Below, in pieces: positions 12,827-26,102 of a stretch of 64,000 bases of DNA. Every line of letters begins with the position of its first letter. Positions within the stretch are counted from its first letter, which is position 1. Where the stretch lies: the NCBI RefSeq assembly GCF_006345805.1, contig NC_043001.1:91946001-92010000 (forward strand), written 5' to 3'. This DNA is from Octopus sinensis (taxonomy: Eukaryota). The translations under genes were made by a program, and so were the position numbers. The notes under the pieces are model-generated. The model did not search any database, had not been told where the DNA came from, and was given only the letters and a program-made list of their open reading frames with translations.

Positions 12827-13644
12827 AGTATTTTCGGCACCCACTTTGAGTTAGTTTATAATTTTTAATAAGATTTAATTAGTATTTCATTCTAATCTTT
12901 CTAAGGTAATTGTTATGGCTTTTTAAGTATGTTTAGTAAATTGTTTGAATTAAGGAAACTTTACTCATAGTACTAATTTTCCAGTGGACCCAGTATAAAC
13001 TGTACTCATATAGTGCCAATATATTCTCTTAAATTGTTTATATAATGATAGCAATCTTCTAACTTTATTGATTATGTATTGATTATTAATCATATTTATC
13101 ATACTGTGGCATCTTGTGAGTTTTATTGATAATAATTAACGTGATTTGGTCTTAAATATTAACCTCCTAATTGTGATTTTTTCTGTGAATATTAGCGTAC
13201 CCATAAGATGGTTTTTGTTGCGTACCTGTATAAATCTAATTATTACCACAATTAGCTATATATGAGATTGTCCAAATTCATTTCCTTGTAGCTTTGATAG
13301 GTCGCTGAATTACCTGTACTAGTTGCATCCCCTTAACTATAACCCGAGGCTACTTACTCTTCGACCGTTCCCTCATGCATGTTATAACGTTAAGCTGCTG
13401 AAGGACATAAGCGGCCCCGCACCACTTATATCATTGTCTTCTCCCCCGGACCCTTTATTTTTTCCTATTTATCTTTATTGACATATCCATTGTAACGATT
13501 TTAACTTGTGACCTCGGTTCAAATTATAACTGACCACTTGTAGAGACCGCTGGACTTAGACTTGCGCCATTGTGGACCATAGGTGGGATTCTCGGTAATA
13601 TTTCTGAGCACACTTTCTTAAGCACCCTACAGTAATGTTTTGGA

Positions 13645-13998
<354 letters not shown>

Positions 13999-14538
13999 TA
14001 CATACATACATACATACATGTTCGTGATATGAAATCACCGTAACTTTCCTCATATAAACATCATCTAGGCGAAACCTAAACATCTGACCACAGACTCTGT
14101 TAAGAGAGATCTTGAATCCATTGTCTGATGGAAGATACAAATACTGAATCTATTAAAAGCACGTTTCCAAAATCCCTACACACAGCCAAGAAATTATATT
14201 GCCTCAACTTCCGCACCGATTGTCATACTGAACGCACAATAAAGCTTCAAATTCGTTACAAATGCAACACCACAATCATTCATAAACCCTCCTCTAGTAA
14301 TTTCATATTCACAACATAGAGCTAGATATTTTATCTAGAAGACTAACCTTCTTCATTACTTCAGTAATCAACAGTTGCTGACACATGTAAATCTCAAATA
14401 GAACGATCCATGAACATACTGGACCACATACAAAAAAAAAATAGCCATCTGGTCTATTGGGATTGAGTTACTCAGCAATGCTCATCAGATTCTAATCCAC
14501 AAACACGCTGACTTATCAGTCACTTTGTCGCTCATACC

Positions 14539-15532
14539 TATTTCTTTACTACCCACAAGGGGTTACACACAGAGAGGACAAACAAGGACAGACAAACGGA
14601 TTAAGTCGATTATATCGACCCCAGTGCGTAACTGGTATTTATTTAATCGACCCCGAAAGGAGGAAAGGCCAAGTCGACCTCGGCGGAATTTGAACTCAGA
14701 ACGTAGCGGCAGGCAAAATACCTATTTCTATTCCTTTACTACCCACAGGGGGCTACACACAGAGAGGACAAACAAGGACAGACAAACGGATTAAGTCGAT
14801 TATATCGACCCCAGTGCGTAACTGGTATTTATTTAATCGACCCCGAAAGGAGGAAAGGCCAAGTCGACCTCGGCGGAATTTGAACTCAGAACGTAGCGGC
14901 AGGCAAAATACCTATTTCTATTCCTTTACTACCCACAGGGGGCTACACACAGAGAGGACAAACAAGGACAGACAAACGGATTAAGTCGATTATATCGACC
15001 CCAGTGCGTAACTGGTATTTATTTAATCGACCCCGAAAGGATGAAAGGCCAAGTCGACCTCGGCGGAATTTGAACTCAGAACGTAGCGGCAGGCAAAATA
15101 CCTATTTCTATTTCTTTACTACCCACAAGGGGCTAAACACAGAGAGGATAAACAAGGACAGACAAACGGATTAAGTCGATTATATCGACCCCAGTGCGTA
15201 ACTGGTATTTATTTAATCGACCCCCGAAAGGATGAAAGGCAAAGTCGACCTCGGCGGAATTTGAACTCAGAACGTAGCGACAGGCAAAATACCTATTTCT
15301 CTTTCTTTACTACCCACAAGGGGCTACACACAGAGAGGACAAACAAGGACAGACAAACGGATTAAGTCGATTACATCGACCCCAGTGCGTAACTGGTATT
15401 TATTTAATCGACCCCGAAAGGATGAAAGGCAAAGTCGACCTCGGCGGAATTTTGAACTCAGAACGTAGCGGCAGACGAAATACGGCTAAGCATTTCGCCC
15501 GGTGTGTTAAACGATTCTGCCAGCTCGCCGCC
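14539..15532 (-). mobile_element. SINE family A1 pentamer (one head plus five ~190-bp bodies) inside a single TSD
   Basis: The ACCCAC marker falls at 14551, 14741, 14931, 15121 and 15312. The only head is at about 15480-15532. TSD TGTC(G/A)CTCATACC at 14526-14538 and 15537-15549. Confidence 0.93.
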
Positions 15533-16535
15533 TTTCTGTCACTCATACCACCATTACTATGACGTCTGTTCCTCATAAGTAACCGTTACGTATCAACAAT
15601 CGATCTCCATGTTGTACACTCCCATCATTTAAATAACGTTACCCAACCTCTGAGCCTTGTACTGACAAATATGTCAGCCCTTCCCCGTCAGACCGTTTAC
15701 TCCTTGGAATTCCCCACCTCCACCACGACCACTGTACATAATTTCTTTTCTATCCTACGGTCGTAGACCTGCATTTGTTCGTAATAAATATCAATAACAC
15801 CAACCACGCCAGTCTCGGAATGTATGCAAATGTCGTAAAGGAAACAGCTTCCGCTTAACAACACCAGCTCTGTGTCTGTCTGTCTGTCTGCCAGTCCGTG
15901 CGTGTGCGTGTGCGTGTGTCTTTTCGCTTTATTCATTATAACATAGCCAGTTGTTTTCACAGAAAACATCTGTCTATGTTGTAAGGAAACAATAAACCGA
16001 ATGTGCCAACTGTTTGTGATGGTTTATTTTCTAATATTATAATTAAAGTGAATTGGTTCCAATACTCAATTTAAATATTATGTCTTTATATAATTAGATA
16101 TATGCAGATAGAGTGAGAGACACAGACAGATAGACAGACAAACAGACAGATAGACAGACAGACAGACAGACAGATAGACAGACAGATAGACATATATCAG
16201 TACATATATACGCATAAATTTCGTATAGAAAATTAATTACATGACATTGGCAGTCTTGAAGGTGTTGTAGAAATCACTTGTTCAAAGTACCGCACAGTTG
16301 GATTGAACTCGGATCCACGAGGCAATAAGTGAACTTCTTAACTTCACAGCCATACCTACAGGTCCAAACCATACAAACATATAAACATACATACATATGT
16401 ACGTACATACCTCTATTCATACCTACATAAATATATACATGCATGCATAGATATACACATACATGCATGCATACACGCATACATACAGACATACAAACAT
16501 ACATACATGCATGCAAGCATACATACATACCTACA

Positions 16536-16598
<63 letters not shown>

Positions 16599-17564
16599 CA
16601 TACATGCATGAACGTATACATACACACATTCATGCATGCATGCTTACATACATGCATACATACATACATAACGAAGACAAACTTTAAGGGCCGTTAGGCC
16701 ATGATGAACGCCTGGGAGAAATTTTTAAAGGAATTGGAATAAATAGAAGAGAAAAAATGTTGGGAGGCGAGAAAAAGGACTCCAGCCCGGTGGACGTCTT
16801 GACCAGAAAAGACAGAGGCAGAGAAATGGCCTGTAGTCACGTATGAGCAACCGACAGAGTGGAAGGAGTGTAAGAGAGTGGATGAGGGAAAGAAATAAAG
16901 GGAGTGAGAAGGGGAAAAAAACGAAAGATAGTAAGGAGTGGGAGAAAGAGGACAGCAAAGAAGGAGGGGGAGAAACAGGAACTATGGAGAATTATAGAGG
17001 GATAGAGAGAAAAAAGGAAACAGAGTGTGGAGTCGCAGAAATTATATATAATTGTAAGAATTTATTGTGGACAAGGCTGCGTGGAGTTCGATTATAAATA
17101 AATTTTTAAAATATACATTAAGTACAGGACGTTACCAACGAGTGAAACATACATAAACACACGAGAGATACAGGACAAAATATCAAAAGAAGATAAATCG
17201 CTCATCAGTTGTCGACTGGCTAACGAAAATTGATAGCCATAAGAATGATTTTGTTGTTGTCACTAAGCCGTCAACAATTTGAGACAAGTCACTGGACGAC
17301 CACACATACTATTTCTAATTATATGTAACTTAATTTCAAGACTATCTTACGTTGATCACCATTAATTAATAAGCTGATGATTATAGTCGTATTTTACCAT
17401 ACTGAGTATAACTTCAATTATCAGTTTTGTTTTTGCTTTCTACATTACATTATGTTAGTGGCCAAATAAAGAAATTAGAGTGTCGTATGCGCAGCCATAT
17501 ATTATACAGAGAGTCCTAGAAGCTATTAAGAAGAGAGATCGTTGGATTACGTGTTGGGGATTTG

Positions 17565-17983
17565 AACTCTCTTTACTCTCTCTTTTACTCTTTTACTTGT
17601 TTCAGTCATTTGACTTCGGCCATGCTGGAGCACCGCCTTTAGTCGAACAAATCGGTCCCAGGACATATTTTTTGTAAGCCCAGCACTTAATCTATCAGTT
17701 TCTCTTTCGCCGAACCGCCAAGTTACGGGGACGCAAACACACCACCATCGGCTTCAAGAGATGTTGGGGGGACAAACACAGACACACAAACACACACACA
17801 CATAGATATATACATATATACGACGGGCTTCTTTCAGTTTCCGTCTACCAAATCCACTCACAAGGCTTTGGTCGGCCCGAGGCTATAGTAGTAGACACTT
17901 GCCAAAGTGACATGCTGTGGGACTGAACCCGGAACCATGTGGTTGGTAAGCAAGCTACTTACCACACAGCTACTCCTGCGCCT
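17565..17983 (-). mobile_element. SINE family B, full length
   Basis: Complete head, CORE-like region, internal CA/TA tract and tail. Confidence 0.92.
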
Positions 17984-18436
17984 ATCTGTTGGTGAATGAA
18001 TATATGATAAGTCTGCAACAACAGTAAAACATCATAACAGTCCTATTGCAAAGTTTGGCCGGCCAGAAACTTTAATGCACTACAAACATAAGATCGTGGG
18101 TTCGATTCCTTGACCCGGGTGTTCGTTATATACTTGAGCAAAGCTCTTCATTTCAATTCGTTCCAGCCTACTCAGCTGAACGTGTGCACTAGCCAAATGC
18201 TGACTGGTGTTGTTCTGTCTTCGTCCATGAGGTGCAGGATGAGTGTACATACTTGGATTGGTGGCGGGCAAGGAGTAAAAGAATGCTCTACACAAATTGA
18301 GAAAGAAAGAGTTATTGCGACACAGGAAATGGGAGAGGGAGTAAGTGGCAGTAGCTTCGCCAGGTTAAGATTAGAAAGGTTGCGAAAGTGTTTACATAGA
18401 CACCAGAAGCAATTGAAAGAAGTACAGCACATGGTT

Positions 18437-18812
18437 GTGCAATGGCCCAGTGGTTAGGGCAGCAGACTCGCGGTCGTAGGATCGCGGTTTCGATTCCCAG
18501 GTCGGATGTTGTGAGTGTTTATTTAGCGAAAACACCTAAAGCTCCACGAAGCTCCGGCAGGGGGTGGTAGTGAACCCTGCTGTGCTGTTTTACCACAACT
18601 TTCTCTCACTCTTCCTTCCTGTTTCTGTTGTCCCTGTATTTCAAAGGGCCAGCTTTGTCGCACTCTGTGTCACGCTGAATCTCCCCGAGAACTACATTAA
18701 GGGTACACGTGTCTGAGGATTGCTCAGCCACTTGCACGTTAATTTCACGAGCGGACTGTTTAGTTGATCGGATCAACTAGAACGCTCGTTGTCGTAACCG
18801 CCGAAGGACCAC
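18437..18812 (+). mobile_element. SINE family C, full length (tail type 1)
   Basis: A box TGGCCCAGTGG and B box GTTTCGATTCCC. The body continues TTCCTGTTTCTGTTGTCCCTG. Confidence 0.88.
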
Positions 18813-20910
18813 CACAACCGTCACACGCATACGGATATGGCTTATATTCATTTTCAGCAGCTCGTAGTTACATAATTAGCTAAAATAATCAGTGAAAGGG
18901 TGGGACATGTTACCATGCTATTACTCACTGGCGAGTGACAGATGTAGGCGTTAATTATGAACTACAATGGCACTCGTCATATAACGGGAAATTTTGGAAG
19001 TATATCTACCACCATGGATAACGTCATGAAAGATGACAAGCATTCAATAACTATAATTTAACTTTTATCAAATGTATTGGTTCTTATACAACACTATGAA
19101 ATGAATATCAATTTTTAAAGGAAAAATATTTATTACTTTAAAATATTAAATAAAACAAACTTCTTATTTGCATAACATCTTCCATTGCTACTTTCACTTA
19201 CTCCTCTTCTTTCTCTTCCTGTGTCGCAATGATTCTTTCTTTCTCACTTTGTGTGTAGAGCATTCTTTTACTCCTTGCCTGCCACCAAGCCTAGTATGTA
19301 CACTCATCCTGCCCCCTTCCTCTTGTTAACTCTCTTTATATCTCTACTCTTTATTCCCCTCTCCCTTTACGAAGTAAAGAATGACGGGCGAAATCAATCA
19401 ACCAACCAATCATTATAATATCGGCTGTTATTTCATAGAGATGTCAGACTTATTCGTATTTCTCACAGCCTAGTTCATTGTGCGATAAAGTAGTAGGAAT
19501 ATACAGTGGGCTAAAACCAGTTTAGATCTATTGTAGGCGACTAGAATCAAGAAAAGGTGTACGTGCTTGTCAGACAATGTTTTGTATCTAAAAAGTTGGG
19601 GCCACGTTGTTTGGAAGTTTGTTTCTGAGAGAGCGTCACTAGAAGGTCGTGTGTAACGACAATGTCATGTTTATTCATATCTCATTAACGATTGTTCTGA
19701 AAAGTGGTCATAAGGTCGAACGGAATTTGGTTGCTATTTCTAACCGGACCAGCAACCACGTAGTGATTTTCTCGTTGGCTGGAGTTCATAAAATATGTAC
19801 ATCTAATGCATTGGAATAGGCCTAATATAGTATAGTTCATAATTGTTTATGATAGTTTATAAGTTTTTATTGCGTGAAAGTATGTGAATTTGGGATAAGG
19901 ATGTAATTGTAAGGTCGTCGGTTCGATTCCTGAACTGGACGGTGCGTTGCGTCTTTGGGCAAACCACTCCATTTTTTTGTTGCCTCAGTCTATTAAACTA
20001 CTCTTAAAAATGAGTACCAGACGAATACTGCTGCAGCCTCCTCCCTTTCCACCTCTCACATTGAGAATAGTTTCACCGCTTGACTGGTGTTCATTTTCAG
20101 CTGAGTGAGAAGACCGAGAGGACGTCTTTGTCTCTTCGTAACTACGTATATAGGTACCTAAAGCAATTAGTAAAATAAAGTATATAATAGAGGGGAACAA
20201 AGAGTAAAAGAGATACATAGGGGGTTAACATGAGGTACAAGATAAGTGTACATACTAGGCTTGGTGGCAGGCATGGAGTAAAAAAAATGTTCTACACTCA
20301 TACTCGCTTACAGTTGACGGTTGTACTAGTTATTTATGAGTATCAGCTTTATTCGCATGTTTCCTTGTAGAGTGTGCTGGAAAATGCTCGGAAGATCATG
20401 AAAGAGACGCAGAAAAAAAAGAAAAGACCAATCGAAGCCCACCTCTGAATTAAATATCAAATTGTATTTTCTGCCTAAGACGGGAGGAACTAACTATTTT
20501 TTTGAGGCATTTTGCATTGATTTACATACGCATGTATGATTCGGAGAAGGTTCTCTCATGAAAAATTCAAACTTTTAAACGATTGTTTTTTTGGATAGAT
20601 CCCGAGGAAGAGGTCGCAGACCCTCTGAGACCCACGAGATCGGCCCGGTCAATATTCCCTTTGAACAGATACTTGCAATTCGATGACTGCAGGAATTCGA
20701 TTCCAGAGAGTACTGACATAACCTACAGGGGGTTCAAAACAGATGTAACTTCGATGAGATTGTAGTTAATTTATATCTAATTTAGATAATGAACCGGAGC
20801 CTATGCTATAGAATGGGATGCTTATAGATCTAACTTCGGTGAGACCGTAATCAATTTAGATCACTTGAGCGGACAAGGAGCTCATGCCACAGAATGGAGC
20901 GGATATAGAA

Positions 20911-21433
20911 GGCGTAGGAGTGGCTGTGTGGTAAGTAGCTTTCTTATAGATTATAGATTACTTTTTCGGGGCCCCAACTTGCGGATGCAGGGATGCCTGC
21001 AGGCCGCAAGAGAATTAATCGGGGACATGAGGTAAGAGATTCATCGCCTCAATATGTATCTAATTGTGTTTTTAATTGTAATAGACTTGCTAGTCCAAGA
21101 AATTGTAAAACATTGTAAATTGTAAGAGGGTTATTACCTCAATATATGTTTTATTAAAAGAACAATGTTATAGAGAAGCAGAGGGTCGGCGGGCGCTTTC
21201 TGTCTTCTCCCATCCTTATCGTCTTGTATTATTATCATTCGCCTCATTAATGTCTTGTCCAGCCCGCAAAGCTATCTTCTTTGTACTGCCTCTATGGCAA
21301 ATGAAATGAATAAAAGTAGCTTGCTTACCAACAACATGGTTCCGGGTTCAGTTCCACTGTAGCCTCGGGGCGACCAAAGCTTTGTGATTGGATTTGGTAG
21401 ATGGAAACTGAAAGAAGTCCGTCGTATATATAT

Positions 21434-21505
<72 letters not shown>

Positions 21506-21719
21506 TGTGTCTGTTTGTCCCCCCCAACATCGCTTGACATGCGATGCTTGTGTGTTTACGTCCCCGTCACTTAGCGGTTCGGCAAAAAGAACCCGATAGA
21601 ATAAGTACTAGGCTTTAAAAAGAATAAGTCCTGGGGTCGATTTGCTCGACTAAAAAGTGGTGCTCCAGCATGGCTGCAGTGAAATGACTGAAACAAGTAA
21701 AAGAGTGAAAGAGTAAAAG
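20911..21719 (+). mobile_element. SINE family B interrupted by a ~370-bp insertion
   Basis: The head GGCGTAGGAGTGGCTGTGTGGTAAGTAGC resumes after the insert at 21314. Confidence 0.9.
20947..21313 (+). mobile_element. TSD-flanked retro-insert, probably the 3' end of a LINE
   Basis: 14-bp TSD AAGTAGCTT(T/G)CTTA at 20933-20946 and 21314-21327. It ends in AATGAAATGAATAA. Confidence 0.65.
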
Positions 21720-22067
21720 AATAAGACTATAATAAATTTAGATCTTTTGTTAGCGGAACAGGAGTAGGAACAGGAGTTCATGCGAATGGACTAATCTTCT
21801 GAGCGCAAGGAGACGGGCTCTTTGCTTATGGGGGAAGGGCGTGTTTCAACCCACGCAAAGCTGGAATGATGTATGCAACAACGAGTGGCTAATCTCAGTC
21901 AGGAAAATCTGATTCCTTTCCATGTTGACTTGTTGACGGAAGAGTGATGAAGAGTGATGGTGAAAGGTTGGGATGATATACCCCATAGCATTAATTACCA
22001 AACGACTGCAATATTGCGCTCCAGAAAACAGAACGTCTAAGACATCTGCTCTTCCGATTTCAGGACA

Positions 22068-22082
22068 CTAACAACAACAACA

Positions 22083-22149
<67 letters not shown>

Positions 22150-22355
22150 TTGCTACTACTGCTGCTGCTGCTGCTGTTGCTACTGCTGCTGTTGCTGCTG
22201 CTGTTGCTGATGCTGATGCTGTTGCTGCTGTTGCTGCTGTTGCTGCTGCTGCTGTTGTTGCTGCTGCTGCTGCTACTACTGCTACTGTTACTACTACTGC
22301 TGCTGCTGCAACAACTACTACTGCTGCTACTACTACTACTACTACTACTACTACT
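22068..22355. repeat. Compound trinucleotide microsatellite (CAA/CTA/CTG/TTG)
   Basis: Direct reading. It is the source of the poly-S, poly-L and poly-C ORFs. Confidence 0.95.
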
Positions 22356-24744
22356 TTGTGAAAATAAACCAGGATGGATATGAGTGGAATGGCTATGAAA
22401 ATGAGTTTGCTCGAACAAGACTAACCTGGGGTTAAACGACAATAAATAACAACAACAACAACAACAGCAACAACAGGTGCAACAGCAAATACAACAACAA
22501 CGACAACTATTCTCGAGTATTTCCTCAATTGAAGCCATGTTTGCTTGGCCATGTAATTCTTTCTTTTCATTACAATTCTATTAACACATTTTTTTTCTCT
22601 CCCGTTCCTTCACCCGATTTTGCTTACAAATTTCACAAAGACACAAATACCATACCGTAAGACAAATTTATTTTCAATGTGTATCCTTGTTCCCCCCACC
22701 CACAGTACCGCCACCTCACCCCAATCCGTCGACTCACGACGCACAGACATCATTATAAATGTCAAGATAAAAAAAAATTCCAATTTGTTGTCAGAATTTG
22801 AACATAAACATAGGCAACAAACGGAAACCAAATTATGAAGTTAATGATGCTTTTAAGGGAATGAAACGGAGCGTGCATTTGGTTGATATAATTTCGTCTC
22901 TCTCTCTTCCTTTTATTATCATATATCAGTAATGCTTCAGTGCTTGTGAAATGTCGAGCCCATTGCCGTTATATGAAGAAAGTGACAGAGAGTGAGACAG
23001 AAAGAGAGAGAGGGAAAGGGGCAAGGAAAGTGTGGGTGGTGGTGGTGGTGGTAAGAGGGGAGAGAAATTACCAGAAGCGTTGACGGAAATCTGAAGGAAA
23101 TTGAGGAAACAAGGTAAATGAATTGTTTGTTACTTCTAGCTTTAGTGGAGAAAATATTAGCTAAAGGAATGAGCTGGCTCTGCACATTGGAATAATTAAC
23201 CATTAGTATAAAATTAGTTATAAGAATGTTCAATGTTGTGCATATCCGCAAAAATATAATGAATAAAATGCATCTTCCGATTGTGTCATTGCTCCATACT
23301 TAATCCCAACTTCGGCGATGGTTAACATAGTAAAGAGCATTATTTCCCTTTAAAGCCATTGTATATCTTATCGAGGCTATGAAGGAGGAACGGACGGGTT
23401 GTGTTTGTAAGTGGTTTTTGTATATAGAAAGTTTAACTAAAGTTGTTTCAGGTTGAGGGATGCTGGAGGGATGTGAGTACGACAGCGCTAGGGTTTATCC
23501 ATGTCTCATAGACAAATGTTCCAGAACGTGGTCATAAGACTGAAAAGAATTTTGTTGGTATTTCTAATAGGACCAGTGACTAGGTAGAGATTTCCTCATA
23601 GGCTGGAGTTAATAAAATAAGTACGTGTAATGTACTGGAATATCGATATTGTTCGTTATTTGTAATTGTGTGAGAGCTTCGGTGAGCTAAGGATTTAGAA
23701 ATAAAATATAAAACAAAACAAAAAAAAAAGCAAGCAGAAAAAAAGAAATATACTCTCTAGAAAACGACACATACGTTCAACTAACATCACAGAAACGGAT
23801 ATTTCAACAAAACCGCCCTCAGCCTCAGTGACGGCCCCGGTGCGACTATGGAAGCGATTGATTGTACGAGAGGACCAGATGGCACCCCACCCTTGCTACT
23901 CGTCATACCCATGACAATAACCCGCAACAAGTACTTAATACTAACAATGCTATAGACTAGAAGACCACATAATGTTAGGGATCAAAAGAGTATACAGTTC
24001 TTTTGGGGTTTGCTTGACACAACCTGCTCTCTGTTACATAGGACTTGTATCTAATGCCCTCATGCATCATATGTCTAATAGCGGGCTCCACTATCTTGAG
24101 CTTCTCGGTGATGGCTCTCATCAATTGACTGAAGTTGTTGAGGATGTTCTGGACGTGTGAAGCAAACGCGGCCGCTCTGATGACATTTGACCTTTAGTAA
24201 TGTTTCTTCCTTTCGGCCAGCCAACTCTAAGCTAACTCTGAGCATGAAGAACCCGGTCACACTCAAGAATCTAGCGATCCCTGAGTCGCTATGGTTGGCA
24301 ACTAAAGCCACGAGTATGAGCCATTTTATTTGCAGTTGATGCCGTCGACACATCTGAGAGAAAAAAGAGAAACAAATATTGCGCAAAACCGCCTCAGTTT
24401 ATTGTCTTCTTAATTTTCTAAAGCTTGTTCTTAAATACTCACTACGCCATCATATTTTTTATCCCTACCCTTATTGGGATGCAAGGTAGAGTTGTTTTTC
24501 TGACGATGGAGAAATTGTTAATCTAGAAAGGTACTCGGTTTTAAACTTATCTGAAGTCTGTTATAATTATATTTCCTAAGCAATGGTAACACCGGTTACC
24601 AGTATGATATTTAGTGAATATTTTTGTTTAGTTCACTTTACCAACATAAACATATTTATGTTTTTCCTCAGTACATCATTTCTAATTCCTCCCCTATAAG
24701 TAGTAGTAGCAGCAGCAGTAGCTGCAGTAGTGACCTTTGTTGCA

Positions 24745-25200
24745 ATAATGCACTAGGAGTGGGTGAATCAGTTACATCGATTACATTGACCCCAGAGTTC
24801 AATTGGCACTTATTTTATCAATTCCGAAAGGGTGAAAGGCAAAGTCGACTTCGGTGGAATTTAAACTCAAAACGGAAAGACGAAAGAAATGCCGTTAAGC
24901 ATTTTGTCCGACGTGCTAGCGATTCTGCAAGCTCACCGATTTAGTAATAATAATAATAATAATAATAATAATATTAATAATAATAATACTTTCTACTATA
25001 GGCACAAGGCTTGAAATTTGGGGTGAGATGGCTAGTCGATTACATTCATTCAAGTACTCCACTGGTACTTATTTTATCGATCCCCAAAGAATGAAAGGCA
25101 AAATTGACCTCGGTGGAATTTGAACTCAGAACGTAGAACCTGAAGAAATGCCGCTGAACATTTTGTCCGGCGTGCTAAAGATTCTGCCAGCTGACCGTCC
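24745..25200 (-). mobile_element. Two tandem SINE family A2 copies separated by (TAA)n
   Basis: Two A-type head and body matches at about 24745-24940 and 24980-25200. Confidence 0.75.
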
Positions 25201-26102
25201 TTAATGTTTCAAATTTTGGCACAAAACGAGCGAATTTCAGTGGGAAGGTGTGAGTCAATTACTTACAATTGGCTCTAGTACTCAACCGGTACTTCATTTT
25301 ATCGACCTGGAATATTTGCGGGCTTTGAGCTCAGATCCTAATGAGTCATAAGAAATACTGCTAAGACATTTTTCTGAGTAATGTTTTTGCCAAATTCTGC
25401 CGAAAGTCGATCGTGATATTTCGGTCACAACTTGACTACTATACAGTCACACCACCGCAATATGACTTGTATCTTTGTTAAAAGCCGCGTGGTAACAACT
25501 ATCAGGTGCATCTGTTTCCGTTTGCGAACAAAAGAAAAATAAAATAAAATGATGTCACAAAGATATTTCAACAGATTGTTAAACATACGTGACACTGAAC
25601 GTGTTCACGATTAAGGAAATTTTTTAAAACGAATGATTGAATTTGTACATAAAGGAGATTTTTCTAGTTCTTTCTTTCTTTCTTTCTTTCTGTCTTTCTG
25701 TCTTTCTTTATGATGATGATGATGATGATGATTATATAGGTCCTGAAAACCAAGTGTATGAGATCTAGCAGTTTTGAGACATTCCACAAATCTACTGAAG
25801 CGTGAGTCTAATAAAAAAAATGAATGAATGAAAAAATAAATGATAAAAAAACCCTCCATTAAAAATTTACTTTTTATTATGAAATAATTGCAGTGTTATA
25901 AAATGTAATAGGAGACGTAAATAAGCGAACAGGAGACTTGTAATTTCATATGTTGACTTTAGAGAAACCTGTATATGTACGCATGTATGTATGTATGTAT
26001 GTATGTATGTATGTATGTATGTATGTATGTATGTATGTATGTATGTATGTATGTATGCATGCATGCATGCATGCATGCATGTATGTATGTATGAATATTT
26101 GG

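Noticed and set aside
11965-13631. AT-rich segment bounded by TGTA...TACA, a possible solo LTR
   Set aside because: There is no TSD, no convincing PBS or PPT and no second copy in the window. It is left unclassified.
14539-15532. Regularly spaced repeats that might be called a CRISPR array
   Set aside because: The whole 190-bp unit is repeated, with no unique spacers and no cas genes. It is a SINE multimer in eukaryotic DNA.
15697-15969. 90-aa minus-strand ORF in non-repeat sequence
   Set aside because: The N-terminal half is microsatellite and the rest has no recognisable motif.
18437-18505. tRNA-like sequences at SINE heads (also 27288, 51112, 60545-60623, 63532)
   Set aside because: A and B boxes are present, but acceptor and anticodon stems do not pair and each continues into a repeat body. 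They are not tRNA genes.
22068-22538. 156-aa poly-Ser/Cys and poly-Leu ORFs
   Set aside because: They are trinucleotide microsatellite read-through.
24495-24545. CTGACGA...GAAAG-GTACTC hammerhead-like motif
   Set aside because: Stems I and III pair poorly.
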